Positions 46,902 to 52,984 of a DNA stretch of 52,984 nucleotides are shown one piece after another. Origin of the DNA: an uncultured Nitrospiraceae bacterium (lineage in GTDB: Bacteria > Hydrogenedentota > Hydrogenedentia > Hydrogenedentales > SLHB01); the NCBI GenBank assembly GCA_964493915.1, contig CAZBQH010000254.1:1-52984 (forward strand), read 5' to 3'. Position numbers and translations under genes: made by a program. Numbering within the stretch: the first letter of the stretch is position 1; the number at the start of each line of letters is the position of its first letter. Below the pieces are notes generated by a model that saw nothing but the letters and a program-made list of their open reading frames with translations, had not been told where the DNA came from and made no database searches.

Positions 46902-48875
46902 TCAGAGCCCCACTTCTAGGAAGTCCAAGGGCACTACCCCTTGGGTAGCCTGCACGACCACCGCGTGGCGTCCCGGCGGAAGATCGCTTCGGGCCATGAG
47001 CGGGCTCGACGGTTGGCTTTGCCCGGTTTCATGGTCCACTATTCCTGCGCTGACCCCGTCGAGAAACACTTCAGCACGTCCGAAGTCAGGGCCCTTGGGC
47101 GCCCATAGTACGAAGCTGCGCCCCTCGAGATTCCATTTCGCCCGGGTCCTCGGCTTCACAGAAACTGCACCTGTCCCGTAGGTGAAACCTGGATCCTCGC
47201 GGATCTCCCACTGACCGGCCGCTTCTCCGGCCCCCACAATGGCTTCAGTTGCCAGATAGCGCACCGTTGCCGGCTTCGGCTCGCCTTCTACCGCAAATGC
47301 GTCGACACCGAGGTGACTATGGGGCTCAACAAGAAGGCCGAGCATACCCGGAGACGTCTCTACGTGGCCGCACCAAGCATCTTCCCCGTTGAGGAGAAGG
47401 TGTACTGCACCAGCGGCATCAACTGCAAGATGCAGATTTACAGAATGGCGGGTCCCCGGCGAAACCGGCAGAGAAACAGCGCCCTTTCCTAAGACTCGTT
47501 TTGCTCCAACCTCATCGACGGCTGCAACGGCCCACTCCCCTGTTTCGCCCAGTTCAAGAGCGCAATGGCGCGTCCTCATCAGGGCGTGCAATGTCGCATC
47601 AGCCGTTGGCCGGTTTGGACCCAACGGTGCTTGATAAGCCCAAAGAACAGCGGCCTTGCCGCGCAACTCGACGGCCGCATCCAGTGCGAACTCCTGGTAG
47701 AACGACTTGAGAACGGTCAACGACGCGCCCCCGTGGCCTGTCATGACAAAGCCCCGCTCGCGATAGGGCGCATTCCATGGACGCGACGCGAGGTTGATGG
47801 TGCCTCTCCCCTCGACATTCCGGGATGGGAACATCACATGCAGCATTCCCGCCTCGTCTACATGGCCGCTGAAGGTCTGCCCCCAGATGCCGTAGTATTC
47901 GTGGGAAACGTCCGCCGCGTGCCACACCGAGCCGTCCTGGAATATGCGCCAGGCCTCGGGATCCATGGCCTGTTCAACAGGTGCGCGGAACACGGCCTGG
48001 TAGTTGCGGTTCAGTGCCACAGATGTGGCAGGCGCGTAGACATAGCCTTCGTATTGAAATGCCGGGAAAAACTCGAGCAGCGGCGGATGGTAGTAAGCAT
48101 CCTCAACAGCGCGCAGAAAAACAGGCTCAGAGTACGGCCCTTCCGGCTGTTTCGCTGTCATTCCAACAAGGGCCCATCCCATATTGGCGGCCGAGTCCAT
48201 CATCGCCAGAACAAGCCAGTCATCCGTCCGACGCAACAGGGTCGCTGCGTACCCCCGCCTGTACTTTCCGCGGTATGTCGGATGTTTTCGCGTGCTGTAG
48301 ACCGCGGGCGCGGTACGTATAAACGGTCCTTCCGGCCGCTCCGCCCAAGCGTATCCGATGCCGCTGTCGGCGCCTCCCTGAGGGTTCATAATGGTCGACC
48401 AGTCGGAATCCTCGGTGGCCCAGTCATAGATCATGTGGTAGCGCCCGTTCTCGTATACGACCGAAACATCCGGGGCATGGCCGATGGGCGACGATCCTTC
48501 CTCGAAGCGAAAGGGTTCATCGGGCCAGATAGTGCCCACGTACGCCCAGGTAGCCCCATCGTCTGTGGACCGGTATGCAACGCACCCCATGGAGCCCCGC
48601 TCTTTGAGCATCGCGTATCCTTCAGCATAAAGCCCAACATAGACATAACGGTTTCCACTGACCGGGTCATGGAACAGAAACCCGTTTACGGGCCACTCGT
48701 GAGGGGGTCCACCCACACGAATCGGGTTGCCGGGGTGCCTCTGGAACGTGTCGAAAGACGGATCGCCGTAAATGGGGTGACGCAACCACGAGTCCTTCTG
48801 GGGCAGCGCCGCGTAGTCTAGGACGGTGGAAGACGCCTCCAGACACGTTGACGCACACGCAAGAAACAGCCACAT
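46902..48875 (-). CDS. Secreted protein, probable 5-bladed beta-propeller glycosidase-like (GH43/32/130-like) with C-terminal beta-sandwich
   Basis: RBS GAGGAGG before ATG 48875; FQRHPGNPI, Asp-box-like YRSTDDGATW, APDVSVVYENGRYHMIYD, YAWAERPEGPF; family assignment is inference. Confidence 0.7.
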   Translation of the reverse strand: MWLFLACASTCLEASSTVLDYAALPQKDSWLRHPIYGDPSFDTFQRHPGNPIRVGGPPHEWPVNGFLFHDPVSGNRYVYVGLYAEGYAMLKERGSMGCVAYRSTDDGATWAYVGTIWPDEPFRFEEGSSPIGHAPDVSVVYENGRYHMIYDWATEDSDWSTIMNPQGGADSGIGYAWAERPEGPFIRTAPAVYSTRKHPTYRGKYRRGYAATLLRRTDDWLVLAMMDSAANMGWALVGMTAKQPEGPYSEPVFLRAVEDAYYHPPLLEFFPAFQYEGYVYAPATSVALNRNYQAVFRAPVEQAMDPEAWRIFQDGSVWHAADVSHEYYGIWGQTFSGHVDEAGMLHVMFPSRNVEGRGTINLASRPWNAPYRERGFVMTGHGGASLTVLKSFYQEFALDAAVELRGKAAVLWAYQAPLGPNRPTADATLHALMRTRHCALELGETGEWAVAAVDEVGAKRVLGKGAVSLPVSPGTRHSVNLHLAVDAAGAVHLLLNGEDAWCGHVETSPGMLGLLVEPHSHLGVDAFAVEGEPKPATVRYLATEAIVGAGEAAGQWEIREDPGFTYGTGAVSVKPRTRAKWNLEGRSFVLWAPKGPDFGRAEVFLDGVSAGIVDHETGQSQPSSPLMARSDLPPGRHAVVVQATQGVVPLDFLEVGL

Positions 48876-49287
48876 GATCATGCCTCCTCGCCCTTCTTCG
48901 GCGTTTGCTGCGAACACTAAGTGTGGATCAGAAGCACGCGACCTTGCCGGAAACAGGCGCTGTTCAATCGTAGCACAGGGGGAAACCCGTGCAAAAGCCG
49001 CGGCGTTTCCGGTAGAATAGCGCAGGACTCGCGGCAAACTGGTATGGGGAGAGGTTCTCGGGCAACGACAGGCGGCTCGCTCCTTTCTCATATGAAATGC
49101 AGCGGTGCTTTGCATGTTTCATAAAACGACCGTTGAGATGCTTAGAGTCCGCTGAGGAACAGGCAGGCCGAAGCAAATATAGATCAAGCGCTGCTTGCCG
49201 GACCGGTCAATCTGCTTGACGTCATTTAAAAAGCTTGAAGTCAGCATATACAGCAAAGATCAAAATGAGAGAAAATGGGGCAACGCC

Positions 49288-50559
49288 ATGCACGTGACAA
49301 GACGAACCTTCATCATGACATCCGCGGCAGCTACAGGCGCCTTGCTGTCCCCAACACGACGCGCTAAGGCCGCCCCGAATGAACGGATTGGCGTGGCGAT
49401 CATTGGCTGCCGGAACCGCGGTCATCAAGTGGCGGCAAACTGCATCGCATCGGGCCAGTTCGACATCGTCAGCCTATGCGATTGCGACGAGGCAATGTAT
49501 GCCCGAGCTGCCGAGCAACTCAAAGGCAAAGTTGCGGAAACGCCGCCCTATGTCCGAGACTTTCGAGAAGTTCTGGAGAATCCCGCCGTGGATGCCGTGG
49601 TCAACGCGACTCCCGACCATTGGCACGCCTTGATCACTGCGATGGCGCTGGACGCTGGTAAGCACGTCTATATCGAGAAGCCCGTATCGTACAACCTCGA
49701 AGACGGCAAGGCCATGGTGAGGGTGCAGAAGAGGCATCCTGAGTTAAAGGTTCTGGTTGGCACCCAGCAACGCAGCGGCAGCCACTTTCACCAGGCCCGC
49801 GATTTCGTCCGGTCGGGCGGCTTGGGAAAGGTGGCTTTCTGCCGGGCATGGGTAACCCATAACCGGGGAACCATTCCCATCGTGCCGGACAGCGAGCCGC
49901 CGGGCACACTCGACTACGACATGTGGGTGGGACCGGCGCCTTATCGTCCTTACAACGAGCCGCGCGTTCACTACAACTGGCATTTCATGCGGGACTACGG
50001 GACGGGCGAGATGGGCAATTGGGGCGCCCACTGGCTTGATGTGATTCTGTGGTTCCTCGACCTTGACTGGCCTTCGGGGGTGTCCGGCCTCGGCGGCACG
50101 TTTGTGGTGCACGATGCAAAGGAATGGCCCGACACCCAGACCGTTCTTTACCGCTATCCTGATCTGACCATCCTCTGGGAGCAGCGTCTATGGACCGAGT
50201 ATCCCATTCACGGCGAGACCGTTGGCGCTGAGCTAGGCGGCGACAAGGGCTCGCTGATCATCACGCGGAAGGGATGGCTGTTCTACCCCAAAGACGGGGA
50301 ACGCGTCGACCACGCCGGCAGCGAGATGGAAGTGGCCCACGCGTTGAACTTCGCTGAGAGCATCCGCGGTCAGGCGGAACCCGTGGCCCCGCTTGCAGAA
50401 GGGCATCTTACCGCGGGCCTGTGTCATCTTGGCAACATCGCAGCCATGGTCAATCGCCGGATCGCGTTTGATGCAGAGTCTCAGACCATCAAGGATGACG
50501 AGCAGGCCACTGCGATGCTGGGCCGCCCGTACCGGGCGCCGTGGCAGCTCCCGGCATGA
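49288..50559 (+). CDS. Gfo/Idh/MocA family oxidoreductase, Tat-exported
   Basis: VTRRTFI Tat motif; IIGCRNRG, ATPDHWH, HVYIEKP, GTQQRS, GNWGAHWLD. Confidence 0.93.
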   Translation: MHVTRRTFIMTSAAATGALLSPTRRAKAAPNERIGVAIIGCRNRGHQVAANCIASGQFDIVSLCDCDEAMYARAAEQLKGKVAETPPYVRDFREVLENPAVDAVVNATPDHWHALITAMALDAGKHVYIEKPVSYNLEDGKAMVRVQKRHPELKVLVGTQQRSGSHFHQARDFVRSGGLGKVAFCRAWVTHNRGTIPIVPDSEPPGTLDYDMWVGPAPYRPYNEPRVHYNWHFMRDYGTGEMGNWGAHWLDVILWFLDLDWPSGVSGLGGTFVVHDAKEWPDTQTVLYRYPDLTILWEQRLWTEYPIHGETVGAELGGDKGSLIITRKGWLFYPKDGERVDHAGSEMEVAHALNFAESIRGQAEPVAPLAEGHLTAGLCHLGNIAAMVNRRIAFDAESQTIKDDEQATAMLGRPYRAPWQLPA

Positions 50560-50599
50560 GGGGCATGTCCCGTCGCATTAGCCGCACGCGAGGTCTTCA

Positions 50600-51193
50600 G
50601 TGAGCCAATCAAGGCGATTCGATTATTGGGCTATTCCGAATCTTCTTCTATGGCTCATTCTGCTGATCGCGGGTTTTCTTCCGGACAAGACGTTCGAACA
50701 GCTGCGCGAATGGGGCGATGTCCGCATGACGAAGGCATGGGTGAACTCGCCAAGCATGCTGATTCTCGCGTGCCTGGCCTATCTCGCGTTTTTCACCTAT
50801 CAACGGTCGCGAGAGGCCGGCCTGGACGCAGACGACGCCTTTGCACGGGCGCTCCACGTGACGCTGGTCGCTCTTGTTGCGTTTATGCCTGCGTCTTTGA
50901 CTATCGAACTGTTGTTGCGTCTTCGCTCGATTCCGCCGACTTACAGGCGGTTTGTCTATTTTGTTTCTGTTGCGAAAACCGGGGCCTGGCTCTACCTCCT
51001 AGGCCTCATTGTCCGCTATTACTTCTTGCAGCGCGAAAAGGTGTTTAGAGATATGTTCACCTTCTTCCCGCTTTTCCGGCAAAGAGCCGACAAGCAAGTT
51101 GCAGAAGATGGAAAGGGCAAAGAACCAGAGCTTCCTACCGACCCGCTGGCAACGAACGAGTCTTCGAAACCTCCTGCACGGCGAGAGCCGTAG
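50600..51193 (+). CDS. Hypothetical membrane protein (about 4 TM)
   Basis: Four hydrophobic segments and a charged C-tail; GTG start after AGG. Confidence 0.75.
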   Translation: MSQSRRFDYWAIPNLLLWLILLIAGFLPDKTFEQLREWGDVRMTKAWVNSPSMLILACLAYLAFFTYQRSREAGLDADDAFARALHVTLVALVAFMPASLTIELLLRLRSIPPTYRRFVYFVSVAKTGAWLYLLGLIVRYYFLQREKVFRDMFTFFPLFRQRADKQVAEDGKGKEPELPTDPLATNESSKPPARREP

Positions 51194-51232
51194 GTTATGG
51201 ACCATCCTCGTTGTCAACCGGGGGGTCCGTGC

Positions 51233-51261
51233 TTGCGTTGACTATTTGAGGTTACTACAAT
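51233..51261 (+). promoter_or_regulatory. Putative promoter of cohesin-like gene
   Basis: TTGCGT-N17-TACAAT. Confidence 0.55.
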
Positions 51262-51296
51262 TCCACGGGGTCTCTAAATAGACAAGCAATTGGAAG

Positions 51297-52514
51297 ATGG
51301 ATATGAAAAACCGATTCGCCGTCTACCTGGTTCTTGTTCTTTCTTCGTTCTTGACAGGCGCCGTTCTTGCCGAAGGCGCTCTTCGCCTCGGTCAAGCCTC
51401 AATTGCCGGAGACACGGTAACAATTCCCGTCACACTTCAAGGGGACGTCGGTACGGGCGTGTCAGCTATCGGGTTCGAGCTCAACTACGACCCCAGCGTC
51501 TTTGAGCCGGTCGCGGCGCAGCCAGGAACGGCGGCCACAACTGCCGACAAGGATGTCCAGGCTAATATGACCGAACCGGGCTCATACCGTGTACTAATGG
51601 TCGGCTTTAACACGAACACGTTAACCGATGGCGAGGTGGCCCGCATCACGTTGAGCCGCGTAGGCGATCCCCCAAGCGGCCGTTCCGAAGTGCGCATCAG
51701 CAACACGAGCATGTCCACGGCCGACCCGGTCATGGAGATTCCCTCGACTGGCAGCACAGGAGCGATTGCATTCACCGACGTCCCCTCGGAAGATCCTGTC
51801 GACGACGAGCCCGGCGATAGGCCTTCTTCCGCCAATGACAGGGACGAAAGCACCCAGCGTCGGACTACGCCAGACCAGCAAAGCCAGAACTCTGAGGAAC
51901 AGCCAGTCGTTGCTACAGAGGCAGACCCCAATGAGACAGGGGCACCGGCGTCTCAGGATGAGGGGCAACGCATTGTTACGGGAAGGCTGCCCGTGACGGA
52001 CGTCGATTCCGGCGTCGGTGAACATGGCGTAAGCACAACGCGCTCAGGCACGGGCACGCCAACCTCCAGGCGCCAGAGCACGACGAGAGGCGAGGCCTCG
52101 ACTTCAGTTGGAAGCGGTGCCAAACGCCTGTCTTCAGCAGTAAGCGCTGCCGACGCTGTCCGCGCGGGGATTCGGACGCCGGGCAGTCCCTTGTCTATGG
52201 ACACGGAGGCGACGCCTGATACAGGGGCGCCTCAGACCGCGGAATCCGATGTAAACGAGAGCGTAGCTTCAGAACAGCTAGCAAAGGGTGCAGAGAAAAC
52301 AGGGACAGCGGCCGACAAAACCTTAGCCGCCGTGTCGCCCTCCGCTGAACCGGGTCTCGCAGCTCCAGTCGGTATAGCTGCCGATGCCCCGCCCACGAAG
52401 CAGACTTCTGATAAGGCAGAGACGAAAGGCCGAGCGCTGAAGATCGCGATTGTTGGGGCCCTCGTGGTACTGGTTGTCGCGGTCTTCTTTGTGAGAAAAC
52501 GGCTGTTTGCATAA
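51297..52514 (+). CDS. Cohesin-like domain protein with long Ser/Thr/Asp linker and C-terminal TM anchor
   Basis: Signal peptide; VTIPVTL...VSAIGFELNYDPSVFE cohesin pattern; tail IAIVGALVVLVVAVFFVRKRLFA. Confidence 0.78.
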   Translation: MDMKNRFAVYLVLVLSSFLTGAVLAEGALRLGQASIAGDTVTIPVTLQGDVGTGVSAIGFELNYDPSVFEPVAAQPGTAATTADKDVQANMTEPGSYRVLMVGFNTNTLTDGEVARITLSRVGDPPSGRSEVRISNTSMSTADPVMEIPSTGSTGAIAFTDVPSEDPVDDEPGDRPSSANDRDESTQRRTTPDQQSQNSEEQPVVATEADPNETGAPASQDEGQRIVTGRLPVTDVDSGVGEHGVSTTRSGTGTPTSRRQSTTRGEASTSVGSGAKRLSSAVSAADAVRAGIRTPGSPLSMDTEATPDTGAPQTAESDVNESVASEQLAKGAEKTGTAADKTLAAVSPSAEPGLAAPVGIAADAPPTKQTSDKAETKGRALKIAIVGALVVLVVAVFFVRKRLFA

Positions 52515-52634
52515 AGGAGCCCGCTCCGTTGGCCGTGGTCGTTTTACTGGGGATGGTCTCAGGCTTGAGGAGGGGCGCCTGCTTGAACCGCTGACATTGA
52601 CCTTGCCCATGACGCACAGAAAACAGCAGGCAAG

Positions 52635-52984
52635 TTATTTCCTGGCGGTCTTCACGGATTTATCCTTACGGTCCGTCCCTGTTTCTTCGTCCAGGTTCGA
52701 GGCCACGACCTCATTCCCCTCGTCCTTCGTGGCAGCGGCATCATCGGTGTCCACTTCGCTCGGTCTCATCTTACCGTTATCGGCCTCGCCAGCCGGCGTC
52801 GATTCCATCTGCGAAGGAGAACCCGTTTGGACAGGTTGCCCCTCGTCGCCCCCGGCGGTCTGCGTAGACTCATCCTGGGAAGCAAGCGCTTGTTCGGGTT
52901 TATCCTCGGCCCGGCCGTTCACAAGCCCGAGGATCTGGGCGGCCAGTTTGGCCGCTTCGAGCTGAACATCGTCCTGTGCAGCAT
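52635..52984 (-). CDS. C-terminal end of a gene entering from the right edge; possibly an S41 (CtpA-like) peptidase tail
   Basis: Frame is open upstream of the listed ORF: AAQDDVQLEAAKLAAQIL, then an acidic low-complexity tail; DxQLxxA only resembles the S41 C-terminal motif. Confidence 0.45.
   Translation of the reverse strand, partial: AAQDDVQLEAAKLAAQILGLVNGRAEDKPEQALASQDESTQTAGGDEGQPVQTGSPSQMESTPAGEADNGKMRPSEVDTDDAAATKDEGNEVVASNLDEETGTDRKDKSVKTARK

Noticed and set aside
48973-48999. GCACAGGGGGAAACCCGTGCAAAAGCC resembling a c-di-GMP-I riboswitch start
   Set aside because: Forms one small hairpin only; the second stem and tetraloop receptor are absent
1-52984. tRNA, rRNA, tmRNA, RNase P, SRP RNA, IS elements
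   Set aside because: No cloverleaf, hallmark motifs, transposase or terminal inverted repeats were seen in the intergenic regions by eye; a tRNAscan/Infernal run would be decisive

Overview
Bacterial chromosomal window of roughly 60% GC (estimated by eye) with about 39 CDS. I recognised no rRNA, tRNA, CRISPR array, integrase or transposase. Protein style (Tat-exported sugar enzymes, atypical G-x-x-S-C lipoboxes, a GD-led C-terminal anchor) suggests an uncultured lineage such as Ca. Hydrogenedentes; this is inference only. Left part: proS, a divergent 44-aa Cys/His microprotein with near-perfect expression signals, and a housekeeping run accA-DUF167-PNP-PIN/TRAM-ispD-ispF-tlyA-recN. Next come two paralogous lipoproteins, a sugar-isomerase-like gene and an MFS transporter. 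An orphan flgM-rlpA-GT2/TPR unit sits behind a textbook sigma-28 promoter. A thyX-nrdJ-nucleoside hydrolase unit carries tandem NrdR boxes, two promoters and a structured ~260-nt leader. Middle: a sulfatase-like membrane protein with degenerate catalytic residues, nupC-thiD, an ATPase-less sugar ABC pair with a 749-aa unknown TIM-barrel-like protein, and a LacI/FGE-like/unknown/GH116 module. Right: hisS, a ~2710-aa surface lysyl-endopeptidase-like giant with Ca-binding repeat arrays and a GD-TM tail, a beta-propeller protein, a Tat oxidoreductase and a membrane-anchored cohesin-like protein. Starts were refined by eye from RBS and homology logic. No database searches were run.
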